A DNA stretch of 64,000 nt from Gemmatimonadota bacterium (GTDB taxonomy: Bacteria > Gemmatimonadota > Gemmatimonadetes > Palauibacterales > Palauibacteraceae): positions 631 through 64,630 of the forward strand of contig JAZDDE010000064.1 of the NCBI GenBank assembly GCA_036679495.1. The letters are read 5' to 3'. Below the pieces are notes generated by a model. The model did not search any database, was not told the origin of the DNA, and was given only the letters and a program-made list of their open reading frames with translations. A program made the translations under genes and the position numbers. Positions within the stretch are counted from its first letter, which is position 1. Each line of letters begins with the position of its first letter. Positions 28,747-38,875 of this stretch are shown here, in pieces.

Positions 28747-30318
28747 GTGCCGGGACTAGCCGACCTTCCCAAATCTGAGTGGTGGCAGGCTTCCGCATCG
28801 GAAGTCTGGTTGCCGACCGCGGCGGAAATGTCGGCCCTCGACTCCGAGGCCGTCTCCAGCGGCACGATCTCAGAAAGGGCTCTCATCGAATCAGCGGGCC
28901 GGGAGATCGCCCATCTTGTCCAGCAGTTCTTTCCTCACGGGCCGGTCGCTGCGATAGCCGGTTCCGGGCACAACGGCGCGGACGCTCTCGTGGCGCTCAG
29001 AACCCTCCACTCCTGGGGCCGGACGACGCTGGCCTTCAAAGCTGGCCGGCAGGCACCCGCTCCTGACGTGTTGGCGGGTTGGGAACTCGGCCTGAGATCG
29101 GTTTCGGAGCTCTCGGATGCGGCGGGGTGCGCGGTGCTTCTGGACGGAATTCTGGGCACCGGCTTGAGAGACGCCCCACGAGAAGAAGCTGCCGCGGCGA
29201 TCGTTGCCGTCAACGCCCTCGGTGTGCCGCTAGTCGCCGTGGATGTACCAAGCGGAGTGAACGCATCCACCGGCGCGGTGTCCGGCGTGTGCGTGCGCGC
29301 AGACCTGACGATTTGCCTTGGCTGGCCGAAGCTGGGTGTCCTTCGGCCTCCCGCCCGAGAGGCGTCGGGGGACGTGGTGGCGGTTGAGATCGGATTTCCT
29401 CCGCCTCCACCCATGAGTTCGAAGGCCATCACCGGCCGCTGGCTGGCTGAACGACTTCCAGAAGACTCGTCCCGCCGCACCAAGAGCGACGCCGGGTATG
29501 TAGCGCTTGTCGCCGGATGCGAGGGAATGGCGGGCGCTGCGGTCCTGGCGGCCCGCGCCGCCATACGGGGAGGTGCTGGCATAGTCCGCGTAGTGAGTCA
29601 TCCGGCGAACCGCGAAATCGTTCAGAAGACCGTTCCTGGAGCCGTGTGGGCCTCCTGGGATAGTGATGAAGATGTGAGCGCCGCCCTGGAGTGGGCGCAC
29701 GCCATCGTGGTGGGTCCGGGTCTCGGCCGTGACGCCGAAGCGAAGCGACTCGTCGAGCGAGTACTCTCGTCAGCTGGCGCCCGTCCGATCGTCCTCGACG
29801 CGGACGGCCTGACCGTGTGGGAGGGATCGGCAGACCAGCTGCCGAGTCAGGTTCCGCCCTTGGCTGTCTTGACGCCGCACCCGGGAGAGATGGCGCGGAT
29901 CCTGGATCGACCCATCGAGAGTATCCTGAGCGATCCATTCGCGACGGCTGTAGAGGCGAGCGAAAAGTTCGGGTGTACCGTTGTACTCAAGGGCGACCCG
30001 ACGGTTGTGGCCGCCTCCGGCGAGCCGCTGCACGTGGCTACGACCAGGGGCCCGGCTCTCGCCGCCGGAGGAACGGGTGACGTGGTGGCGGGTTTGACCG
30101 GTGCACTGCTGGCAAGCGGACTTGCCGGACACGTTGCCGCCGCAGGTGCACTTCTCCTCACCGGCCTGGCGGCCGGCCAAGGGCCGGCGGTGGGACACAC
30201 CGCTGAAGACCTTCCTGACAACCTTCGGGCGGCCCGCGCCGCTGTTGCGGGCCTCGAGAAAGAAAGAGGCGGATCAGTACTTTTCGCCCTTCCGCGGATC
30301 GGTGACCCACAGGCCTAG
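28747..30318 (+). CDS. nnr: Bifunctional NAD(P)H-hydrate repair enzyme Nnr (epimerase + ADP-dependent dehydratase)
   Basis: 523 aa. YjeF_N part (GSGHNGADALVA..DGILGTG..VAVDVPSG) plus carbohydrate-kinase part (GMAGAAVLAARAA..VVGPGLG..LTPHPGEMARI..AAGGTGDVVAG). Confidence 0.9.
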   Translation: MPGLADLPKSEWWQASASEVWLPTAAEMSALDSEAVSSGTISERALIESAGREIAHLVQQFFPHGPVAAIAGSGHNGADALVALRTLHSWGRTTLAFKAGRQAPAPDVLAGWELGLRSVSELSDAAGCAVLLDGILGTGLRDAPREEAAAAIVAVNALGVPLVAVDVPSGVNASTGAVSGVCVRADLTICLGWPKLGVLRPPAREASGDVVAVEIGFPPPPPMSSKAITGRWLAERLPEDSSRRTKSDAGYVALVAGCEGMAGAAVLAARAAIRGGAGIVRVVSHPANREIVQKTVPGAVWASWDSDEDVSAALEWAHAIVVGPGLGRDAEAKRLVERVLSSAGARPIVLDADGLTVWEGSADQLPSQVPPLAVLTPHPGEMARILDRPIESILSDPFATAVEASEKFGCTVVLKGDPTVVAASGEPLHVATTRGPALAAGGTGDVVAGLTGALLASGLAGHVAAAGALLLTGLAAGQGPAVGHTAEDLPDNLRAARAAVAGLEKERGGSVLFALPRIGDPQA

Positions 30319-31954
30319 CGTACGGGCCGCGGCGGTCCTGGGCTTCGTCGGAATGGCCGCAGCGTGCGGCCCGGCCCACGCCCAGATCGGCAGCACCCGC
30401 TGGCGCCCCGAGGACCGCGTACTCATCACCGATTTCAGTGTCGTCCGCGCTCTGGCCAGAAGTCCCGATCGCCTGTTCGCCGCTACCGATGGCGGCCTGG
30501 TTATTTACGATGAGCTCAGAGGGCGATTTGAGCTGCCTCTGACCCTGGAGGACGGCTATCCAGAGGTTCCGGTCAGTGCCATGGCCTACGATCTCCGGGA
30601 CGGGTCGCTGTGGATCGCCAGTCGGGACCGGGAGCTACTGCAACTGGACGCCCGCGACGGCCGGATCCGAGACCGGCAAGTCATGCCAGACGCGGTCGGC
30701 TCCATCCTGCCCGACATAGGCGGGACGGATCTGCTGCTCCGATCTGGGACCGGTTGGGTTCGGTATGACGCGTTCTCCCGGCGGTCACTCCCGGCATCGT
30801 CCAGCGAGGCGGCAGCCGCGATTCAGAGCAGTCCCGATCTCCGCCGCCGGCAGGAATTGTTGGAAGAGCCGGGCTTTCAGTCTATCAGCGCCTTCCTTCC
30901 GCGGAGCCCGGGAGGCCGTCGCTTCGCGATCACCGACGTGATGCCCACCCGGGACCGGGCCCTGTTCTGGGTTGCGACTGACGGCGCCGCGGTGTTGGAA
31001 TACGACCGGCTTTCGCGGCAGTGGGAGACGGTCTCGTTCGGCCCGGTCGGAGGCGGCTCCGCAGGGATCGCTGAGCTTGCCGGCAGTCTGTGGTTCGTAC
31101 CAGTGGGTCCGCTGGAGGGACGTTACGCCGTGGCCAGAGCGGATCCGGATCTACAGCGCTGGACGACGTGGGATTCCGACTTACTACGAACGACCCCACG
31201 CGGCGCCGCCGTGGTCCTCGCCGACCACCGGAACTCTCCCTCCCTTTGGGTAGGAAGTGAAGAGGGACTCTTCGTACTCAACGAACCGGAAGGCAATTGG
31301 CGTCGGATAGGAGCGGGGTCATTGCCGTCTGAGCGCGTCACGGCGCTGGCATCGGCGAGTGTCCCGGGAGCCACGTCGGGTCTCTGGGTCGGTACCCGGC
31401 GGGGGGCCGTGAGCCTCAGTTCCTCTGGAGCCGCTGGTGGCCCGATTCTGCTTGGCGGGGAAGAAATACGGGCTGTACTTCAGTCTGGGTCCCGCGTTTG
31501 GTTGGGCACCCGGGCCGGTCTGTTTACCCTCGAGGTGTCGTCGCTCTCTGACACGCCCGAGGCCATCGGCCCGTCACGGGCCCCCGGCGGCGGCGCACTC
31601 AATCGGCCCGTCGGCGCGCTCGCCGCACACGGGGACAGCGTCTACGCGGGCCTGGGAGATGAAGTCTGGGTGTGGAGCCCGGGCCAGGAATGGAGTCGGG
31701 TGGAGGCGATCGGGCGGGCGGGCGGTCCGGTTACAGCGATTTCCGCGGCGAGCGGCGCCGTATGGGTGGGCAGCGCGGAAGGCGTCGTGCGCTGGCAGCC
31801 AGACGGGGGCCCCGTGAGGCGCCTGAGCTTCGCCGCCGGTGATCTGCCCCAGAGCGCTGGGTTCCGGGGCGTCCGGTCGATCCTGCCCATAGACTCCGAG
31901 GCGGCGTGGCTGGCCTTGCCAGCCGGCGCGTTCCGGATCACGATGTCGCCGTGA
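30302..31954 (+). CDS. Secreted or lipoprotein-like beta-propeller repeat protein (Reg_prop-like repeats)
   Basis: Probable GTG start at 30302. Signal-like VRAAAVLGFVGMAAACG. Repeated ..LWV/IGT..GL... units recur (SLWIASRD, LFWVATDG, SLWVGSEEGLFVL, GLWVGTRRGAV, RVWLGTRAGLFTL, AVWVGSAEGVVRW). Confidence 0.6.
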   Translation: MTHRPSVRAAAVLGFVGMAAACGPAHAQIGSTRWRPEDRVLITDFSVVRALARSPDRLFAATDGGLVIYDELRGRFELPLTLEDGYPEVPVSAMAYDLRDGSLWIASRDRELLQLDARDGRIRDRQVMPDAVGSILPDIGGTDLLLRSGTGWVRYDAFSRRSLPASSSEAAAAIQSSPDLRRRQELLEEPGFQSISAFLPRSPGGRRFAITDVMPTRDRALFWVATDGAAVLEYDRLSRQWETVSFGPVGGGSAGIAELAGSLWFVPVGPLEGRYAVARADPDLQRWTTWDSDLLRTTPRGAAVVLADHRNSPSLWVGSEEGLFVLNEPEGNWRRIGAGSLPSERVTALASASVPGATSGLWVGTRRGAVSLSSSGAAGGPILLGGEEIRAVLQSGSRVWLGTRAGLFTLEVSSLSDTPEAIGPSRAPGGGALNRPVGALAAHGDSVYAGLGDEVWVWSPGQEWSRVEAIGRAGGPVTAISAASGAVWVGSAEGVVRWQPDGGPVRRLSFAAGDLPQSAGFRGVRSILPIDSEAAWLALPAGAFRITMSP

Positions 31955-32955
31955 CCGGAGAGTTCGGAAGAATCGACGCCTTTGTCCGTGTGGCCAACGC
32001 CGGCCGAGACACTCCTCCGGCCGGGGGTGGTCCCGGCGATGACGCTGCTGTTCTCGCCGTTCCGCCGGGCGAGCGCCTGGTCGTGAGCTCTGACCAAACG
32101 GTGGAGGGAGTTCACTTCGAGCGAGCCTGGCTCACCTGGGAGCAGATAGGGTATCGGGCCGTAGCCGCGGCCTTCAGTGATCTAGCCGCCATGGCAGCGG
32201 CTCCACTCGGTTGCCTGATCTCACTCGCCCTGCCTCCTGAACTGGACAGCCGGGTGATAGAAGAGCTAGCCGCCGGTGTGCGAGAGTGCCTCGATCTCCT
32301 GGACGCTCCGTTACTCGGAGGAGACCTGTCCGCGTCGCAGCACGGGGTCTTCATGGATATCACCGTTCTGGGTCACGCGGCCAGCCCCGTGCTCCGGTCC
32401 GGCGCGGAAGCCGGCGACGAGCTGTGGCTGACCGGAAACATAGGTGGTGCAGGCGCCGCCATAGAGGCTCACCAGCGCGGTCTGGAGCCCGATCCGGCTG
32501 CCCGGCAGGCCTTCGAGCGTCCTCAGCCACGCATTCAAGTAGCACGCTGGCTGGCGGAGAACGCAGTAATTCATGCGATGATCGATCTGTCCGATGGTCT
32601 CGCCGGAGACGCCGCTCATTTGAGCGCGGCCTCCGGTGCGCAACTCCGCTTTGAGCTGACATCGCTTCCGCTCGCCGAGCCTCTCGTCCAGTATGCAGAC
32701 AGAGAGGCCGCGTGGCGCATGGCGATCTCGGGCGGAGAGGATTACGAGCTACTCGTATCGGCCGCGCCGGGAACCGTGGAGCCTCTGAGACAGGAAGCGC
32801 TGAGAGCGTTTGGCGTATCGCTGACCCGGGTCGGCGAAGTGGGATCGGTAGCGCTGGAAGCCGGAGGTGAGGAGGCGGCTCTTGTCTGGCTCGGGGAGGA
32901 CGGGCTTGAGTGGGACGCTCCCGCTACCGGATACCAGCACTTCGGGACCGAGTGA
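31951..32955 (+). CDS. thiL: Thiamine-monophosphate kinase
   Basis: GEFGRID..GPGDDAAVL..SSDQTVEGVHF..IGYRAVAAAFSDLAAMAA..GGDLS..IDLSDGL..GGEDYELL. Start uncertain (GTG 31951 or upstream ATG 31906). Confidence 0.85.
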   Translation: MTGEFGRIDAFVRVANAGRDTPPAGGGPGDDAAVLAVPPGERLVVSSDQTVEGVHFERAWLTWEQIGYRAVAAAFSDLAAMAAAPLGCLISLALPPELDSRVIEELAAGVRECLDLLDAPLLGGDLSASQHGVFMDITVLGHAASPVLRSGAEAGDELWLTGNIGGAGAAIEAHQRGLEPDPAARQAFERPQPRIQVARWLAENAVIHAMIDLSDGLAGDAAHLSAASGAQLRFELTSLPLAEPLVQYADREAAWRMAISGGEDYELLVSAAPGTVEPLRQEALRAFGVSLTRVGEVGSVALEAGGEEAALVWLGEDGLEWDAPATGYQHFGTE

Positions 32956-32962
32956 GCGTCTG

Positions 32963-33727
32963 ATGCGAACTCTCCTTTTCTGGACTATGGCGTTGCTGTC
33001 TACGGCGTTCTTCTCGTTGGTATCGGTGCTGGGAGGACTGGTAAGAGCGCCCAAGGGTCTTCACGACTGGGTGCACCGCAGCTGGTCACTTTCGATGCTG
33101 TGGGCGGCCAGCACCCGGGTCGAGGTGTACGGCCTCGAACATGTGCTCAGAGACCGGCCGCAGGTGTTCATGTCCAACCACGAGTCGAACCTGGACACCT
33201 TCGTTCTCCTGCTCAGCCTCCCCGCGTCCATTCGATTCGTAGCCAAGATGGAGCTGAGCCGAATCCCGCTGTTTGCACAGGCGATGAAGGCGGCTGGCCA
33301 CGTATTCATAGACCGTGGAGAGCGGGCAGCCGCGATGAAAAGCATGCGGGCGGCTGGCCGCCGAATGGAGGCCGAGAACCTCTCTTTAGGGCTGTATCCT
33401 GAGGGCACCCGGTCCAGGACCGGCGCTTTGGGCGAATTCAGGCGGGGCACCTTCGTGCTGGCCATAGAAACTCAGGAACCGATCATACCGGTCGCGATTC
33501 AGGGTAGTCGAAACATCCTCACGCCGGGGAGTCCACGAATTCGCGGCGGCCTGGTAAGCCTGCGAGTCGGACCCCAGATTCAGACGGCCGGCCTTACGGC
33601 AGAGGACAGAGAGCCGCTGCTCCTTGAGGTCCGGGCGGCGGTTGAGCGCCTCTTGGACCAGGGCGGGGCCGGCGATCGAGCGGCTTCATTAGACCGCGAT
33701 CCACCGTCCCCCGCCACCATGTCGTGA
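32963..33727 (+). CDS. plsC: 1-acyl-sn-glycerol-3-phosphate acyltransferase
   Basis: Start at ATG 32963. N-terminal TM; NHESNLD (HX4D) and YPEGTRS motifs. Confidence 0.85.
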   Translation: MRTLLFWTMALLSTAFFSLVSVLGGLVRAPKGLHDWVHRSWSLSMLWAASTRVEVYGLEHVLRDRPQVFMSNHESNLDTFVLLLSLPASIRFVAKMELSRIPLFAQAMKAAGHVFIDRGERAAAMKSMRAAGRRMEAENLSLGLYPEGTRSRTGALGEFRRGTFVLAIETQEPIIPVAIQGSRNILTPGSPRIRGGLVSLRVGPQIQTAGLTAEDREPLLLEVRAAVERLLDQGGAGDRAASLDRDPPSPATMS

Positions 33728-33740
33728 GGCGACCCGTGAC

Positions 33741-34586
33741 CTACCTGTTGTTGTCGGGCGTGACGAAGACGGGTATGCCGCCTTCCGTGGGAGCGATGAT
33801 CAAGTTGTTCTGGCCGTCGGCCACCTCTCCAAGCACGTCCAGGTAACGCCAGTACAGGTACCGCTGGCCTGACGGACCGGTCAGACTGGCGGCGATGATG
33901 TCCTGCGCGTCTCGAATCCCCTCGGCCCGGGCGCGTTCCTGGTTGGCCTGCTCGGCGACTACCTGCGTCTGGAATCCTTCCTTCTGCACCTGCTGCTCCC
34001 GAGACAGCTTTTCCTCGATCGCGGTGCGGAGCGTTGCGGGAGGCTCGATTTCCCTCACGAAGAAATCTGTGACCTCGACGCCGCGTGGCACGAGCCGCTC
34101 CGCCATGAGGTCGTTGATGCGCTGTCCGATCCCGGCTCGCTCGGTCGACAGGACGTTGGCGGCGCTCACTTCAGCCACCGCGTCGCGCAGGGCCGAGCGG
34201 TAGGTGTTGTACACGAAAGCATGGACCTGGCCCGGCTCGCCGATCGTAAGATAAATCTGCACGGCGGAGTCGGGGTTGATCTTGTAGCGGTATGCCGCGT
34301 CCAGTCCGATCTGTAGCTGGTCCGACGTGAGAGCCTCCAGGCGCTCGGAGGCTCCCTGAGGCGGATACTGGATCTCCCGTACGGAATAGTTGGTCCACGA
34401 TCTGAGGATGGAGTGGTACAGTCCCTGTCGGAACGGTTGGCCCGCCACACTTCCGGTCAGGGGGTTCCGCCTGACCGAAACCTCGAACTCATCGATCCGA
34501 TTGAATCCGAACAGGAACACGGCGAGCACGAGGACGACGAGAAAACCGGCGCCAAGCGTTCCGGCTCGTTGAAGAAGCTCTTTCAT
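33741..34586 (-). CDS. SPFH/band-7 (prohibitin-like) membrane protein
   Basis: 281 aa. N-terminal TM, then SPFH-like core (..TSDQLQIGLDAAYRY..VEVTDFFVREIEPP..) and an EQ-rich coiled coil. Confidence 0.8.
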   Translation of the reverse strand: MKELLQRAGTLGAGFLVVLVLAVFLFGFNRIDEFEVSVRRNPLTGSVAGQPFRQGLYHSILRSWTNYSVREIQYPPQGASERLEALTSDQLQIGLDAAYRYKINPDSAVQIYLTIGEPGQVHAFVYNTYRSALRDAVAEVSAANVLSTERAGIGQRINDLMAERLVPRGVEVTDFFVREIEPPATLRTAIEEKLSREQQVQKEGFQTQVVAEQANQERARAEGIRDAQDIIAASLTGPSGQRYLYWRYLDVLGEVADGQNNLIIAPTEGGIPVFVTPDNNR

Positions 34587-34588
34587 GA

Positions 34589-35956
<1,368 letters not shown>

Positions 35957-35960
35957 GCGG

Positions 35961-36281
35961 ATGAGGCGCCTGGTCTTCCGGGGTGCACTGGCGGTCGTAT
36001 GGGTGGCCGCTGGCTACTATCTTCTGTTCGGCGGCGTGTACAGCGTTCTCGATATGAGAGGACTCGAGCGGGAGCACGCGGGCTCCCTTGAGCGCGCCGA
36101 TTCCCTGATCCATCTGACGGATTCGCTCGTGATGCGCGGTGACAGCCTGGAATCGGATCCCGCCGCGATCGAACGTATTGCTCGCGAGAAGCACGGACTC
36201 GTTCGTGAGGGGGAGGAACTGTACCGGTTCCGGGAGCCCTCGACTGCGGAACCTCCATCGTCCACGCCGGTTGACGAGTAG
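35961..36281 (+). CDS. ftsB: Septum formation initiator family protein (FtsB/DivIC-like)
   Basis: 106 aa. N-terminal TM, coiled coil, then DPAAIERIAREKHGLVREGEELYRF, typical of DivIC/FtsB. The adjacency to eno is common. Confidence 0.7.
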   Translation: MRRLVFRGALAVVWVAAGYYLLFGGVYSVLDMRGLEREHAGSLERADSLIHLTDSLVMRGDSLESDPAAIERIAREKHGLVREGEELYRFREPSTAEPPSSTPVDE

Positions 36282-36313
36282 TCTGGTCACCGGTAACGTG
36301 GCGCCTCTCTTTC

Positions 36314-36387
36314 GGCAGGGTAGCTCAGTCGGTCAGAGCGGGGGACTCATAAGCCCTAGGTCGCGGGTTCGAATCCCGCCCCTGCCA
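36314..36387 (+). tRNA. tRNA with CAU anticodon (elongator Met, or Ile2 if lysidine-modified)
   Basis: Hand-folded cloverleaf. Acceptor GGCAGGG/CCCTGCC, D arm GCTC..GAGC, anticodon loop CTCATAA, T arm GCGGG-TTCGAAT-CCCGC, discriminator A. No encoded CCA. Confidence 0.85.
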
Positions 36388-36477
36388 CTCCCACCGGGCG
36401 GGATCCTTTTCGGCCCCTGCAACGTTTCAACCTCTCGGGCAGACTGAAAGTCGTAAAGACCACACCGAGGACTAGTC

Positions 36478-37509
36478 ATGCTGATCAGAAAACGCTCGCC
36501 AGACGATGTTCGCTCTTCCGAGTTGACTCCGGAGGCTGCATACCTATCCAGGCGCCGCTTCGTGGACCGAGCGGCACGATTCGCTGCAGCGGCTACGCTA
36601 GGCCCGTCGGTTCTCACCGCGTGTGACATCCTGCCTGGACAGGACTCGCTTTCTGAAGGCACTGGCCCGGACGACCGCGCCATTTCACCGTCGGCCGCGC
36701 CGGGACTCTCGCCTCAGGAAGTCCAGGACTTCTCGAGTGCTCGGTCCGAGCTGGGTGAACCGCTCACTCCATTCAAGGACGTAACGCACTACAACAATTT
36801 CTACGAATTCGGCACGGGGAAGGAGGATCCGGCGCGCAACGCCGGGACCCTGACGACTCGGCCGTGGGCAATTTCGGTCGAAGGGGACGTGGCCAATCCG
36901 GCTATGTACAACCTGGAAGACTTCGTGGCACCCCACAAACTCGAAGACCGGATCTATCGGCTCCGCTGCGTCGAAGCCTGGTCCATGGTCATCCCGTGGC
37001 GCGGGTTCCCGCTCGCAGAGTTGATTCGCCGCGTGCAGCCGACCAGCCGGGCGCGTTTCGTCGAGTTCACAACGCTGCATCGGCCGGCCGAAATGATCGG
37101 CCAGCGGCGGCGAGTTCTCGAGTGGCCTTATGTTGAGGGACTACGGCTGGACGAGGCCATGAATCCGCTAACGCTGCTGTGCACGGGAGTGTACGGGCGC
37201 GATCTGCCTAATCAGAACGGCGCGCCCCTGCGCCTGATCATCCCCTGGAAGTATGGATTCAAGAGCATCAAGTCCATCGTCCGGATGCGGTTCGTCTCGG
37301 AAATGCCGAGATCGTCCTGGATGATTTCGGCGCCGCGGGAGTACGGCTTCTTCGCCAACGTGAACCCGACCGTGGACCATCCGAGATGGAGCCAGGCCCG
37401 GGAGCGCCGAATCGGCAAGCTCAGGCGTCAGCCCACGCTGATGTTCAACGGATACGCCGACCAGGTTGCCAGCATGTACACCGACCTGGATCTGCGCCGC
37501 TATTTCTAA
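36478..37509 (+). CDS. msrP: Protein-methionine-sulfoxide reductase catalytic subunit MsrP (YedY, molybdopterin)
   Basis: 343 aa. Tat-like SRRRFV signal; ..[49 protein letters not shown]. Confidence 0.9.
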   Translation: MLIRKRSPDDVRSSELTPEAAYLSRRRFVDRAARFAAAATLGPSVLTACDILPGQDSLSEGTGPDDRAISPSAAPGLSPQEVQDFSSARSELGEPLTPFKDVTHYNNFYEFGTGKEDPARNAGTLTTRPWAISVEGDVANPAMYNLEDFVAPHKLEDRIYRLRCVEAWSMVIPWRGFPLAELIRRVQPTSRARFVEFTTLHRPAEMIGQRRRVLEWPYVEGLRLDEAMNPLTLLCTGVYGRDLPNQNGAPLRLIIPWKYGFKSIKSIVRMRFVSEMPRSSWMISAPREYGFFANVNPTVDHPRWSQARERRIGKLRRQPTLMFNGYADQVASMYTDLDLRRYF

Positions 37510-37540
37510 GCGCCCCAGTCGCGGGGCCAAGCGGGACGTC

Positions 37541-38131
37541 TTGATCGCCAAAGGGCTGGTCTGGATCGGGGGGCTCTCGCCCGCTGCATGGTTGGCGTAT
37601 CGCGCCTGGACGGGAGATCTGGGTGCCAATCCCATTGAGGAGATACAGCTCGTCACTGGATGGTGGGGTCTTACTCTCCTCCTCTGCACCCTGGCCGCCA
37701 CACCGATCAGGCGCTTTACACGCTGGAAGCGGGTCATTCGGCTTCGCCGGCTAGTCGGTCTCTTCGCCTTCTTCTACGTCACGTTACACCTCCTGAATTA
37801 TCTGGTGCTGGATCAGTTCTTCGCCTGGGAGTACATCGCCGAGGATATTCTGGAACGCCCGTTCATCACGATCGGTTTCGCGGCCTGGCTTATCCTTCTC
37901 TCGTTGGCGAGTACTTCGACCACAGGATGGATACGCAGACTGGGCGGCCGCTGGCGGAAGCTACACAGTCTAATTTATGTAGCTGCAGTACTTGGAGCGC
38001 TGCATTTCACGTGGAAGGTAAAGGCGGATACGCGAGAACCGCTGGTATTCGCGGTGGTGCTGACGGTGCTTCTGGCGTCCCGCGTTCCGGACCTGCGGCG
38101 TCGCCGCAGGTCCCGGAGGCCCGCCCAATAG
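37541..38131 (+). CDS. msrQ: Heme-binding membrane subunit MsrQ (YedZ)
   Basis: ..NPIEEIQLVTGWWGLTLLLCTLAATPIRR..FFYVTLHLLNY..LHSLIYVAAVLGALHF. Start uncertain (TTG 37541 proposed; the ORF track starts inside msrP). Confidence 0.8.
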   Translation: MIAKGLVWIGGLSPAAWLAYRAWTGDLGANPIEEIQLVTGWWGLTLLLCTLAATPIRRFTRWKRVIRLRRLVGLFAFFYVTLHLLNYLVLDQFFAWEYIAEDILERPFITIGFAAWLILLSLASTSTTGWIRRLGGRWRKLHSLIYVAAVLGALHFTWKVKADTREPLVFAVVLTVLLASRVPDLRRRRRSRRPAQ

Positions 38132-38135
38132 AGTA

Positions 38136-38444
38136 CTAGAGCAGCGTGTCTATGCGTAGCAGATAGATCGGTTCCACCAAAGGCAATTGAGGGCAACCGC
38201 TGTCCGGTGCTATGAGCGTCGGCTGCGCTCTCTGCACGTCAGGCGTTGGCTGTGCTCTCGGCACGTCAGACGCTGGCTGAGCTCTCTGCACTTCTGACGC
38301 TGGTTGCACTCTCTTCACGTCAGGCGGCGGCGCGCTCTGTACCTCGGCGGCAGAAGCCGCTCCCGACAACAACGTGCCCCCTACCAGGGCAATCGCTGCA
38401 AATCCGATCGAGATCAGATCGTGGATCATTGTCCGTGTACCCAT
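38136..38444 (-). CDS. Small secreted or anchored protein with five tandem 9-aa repeats (V-Q/K-R-A/V-Q-P-x-x-D/E)
   Basis: Start set at the ATG (complement of 38442-38444), preceded by AAGGGAGA. Hydrophobic N-terminus MGTRTMIHDLISIGFAAIALVGGTLLSGAASA, then the repeats. No family recognised. Confidence 0.5.
   Translation of the reverse strand: MGTRTMIHDLISIGFAAIALVGGTLLSGAASAAEVQSAPPPDVKRVQPASEVQRAQPASDVPRAQPTPDVQRAQPTLIAPDSGCPQLPLVEPIYLLRIDTLL
38221..38355. repeat. 27-bp tandem repeat: four good copies plus one degenerate copy
   Basis: Units at 38221, 38248, 38275 and 38302 (ggctgcgctctctgcacgtcaggcgtt and variants), with a degenerate fifth unit to 38355. They are in frame and encode the 9-aa repeats of the minus-strand ORF. 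Confidence 0.75.
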
Positions 38445-38734
38445 CGTTTCTCCCTTAGAAGCTGAACACACTCCCGTAGGAGGGAGGGCGTTGCCCGACA
38501 GAAAAGCAACGTCCGTGCCATGTCGGCAATATACATAAGTGGCGTGTTTGTATTACGATAGATCAGTTCGGATGTACCTCTGCGGCGACGCTTATCGTTC
38601 GCCCCGGGGATGAACTGTATCGAAACCGGACACTCCGGGACGGGCGGTCTACCTGACGAGTGGGTTGCAGGCCGGGCCGGATCCGGCCTAGCTTCCTGAA
38701 GCAGAGCCTACCCCGAGCGTACGGAGCGACGGCA

Positions 38735-38848
38735 GTGAACATACCGGAAAGTTATTTTCTCATCGGCATTGTCACCGCGATCCCTATCGCCGGCCTGATC
38801 GTGGCGCTGGTTGTCGCTCGAGTCCCGAGCCGACGTCCGGACGAATAG
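38735..38848 (+). CDS. Possible 37-aa single-TM peptide
   Basis: GTG 38735 with GGAG about 9 nt upstream. VNIPESYFLIGIVTAIPIAGLIVALVVARVPSRRPDE has a hydrophobic core and basic tail. Followed by the palindrome AGCCCGGCCGGGCT (38851-38864), just before thiI. Weak evidence. Confidence 0.3.
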   Translation: MNIPESYFLIGIVTAIPIAGLIVALVVARVPSRRPDE

Positions 38849-38875
38849 GAAGCCCGGCCGGGCTCCAAGATTAAC

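Noticed and set aside
36314-36387. Calling the CAU tRNA an initiator tRNA-fMet because of three consecutive G-C pairs in the anticodon stem.
   Set aside because: The acceptor end has a normal G1-C72 pair; bacterial initiators have a 1-72 mismatch. The G-C pairs occupy positions 28-30/40-42, not 29-31/39-41.
38221-38355. Whether the 27-bp tandem repeat is a CRISPR array or minisatellite.
   Set aside because: The units are directly adjacent with no spacers. They are in frame and translate into a regular 9-aa protein repeat inside an ORF that has a Shine-Dalgarno sequence. No cas genes are nearby.
38445-38875. A TPP riboswitch, SRP RNA or other known ncRNA in the long intergenic region upstream of thiI.
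   Set aside because: I looked by eye on both strands for the THI-box core (CTGAGA...ACCTGATCTGGATAATGCCAGCG-like) and for the SRP domain IV motif (GGAA tetraloop flanked by AGGTCAGG / AGCAGC), and found neither. I cannot exclude other RNAs without covariance-model searches.
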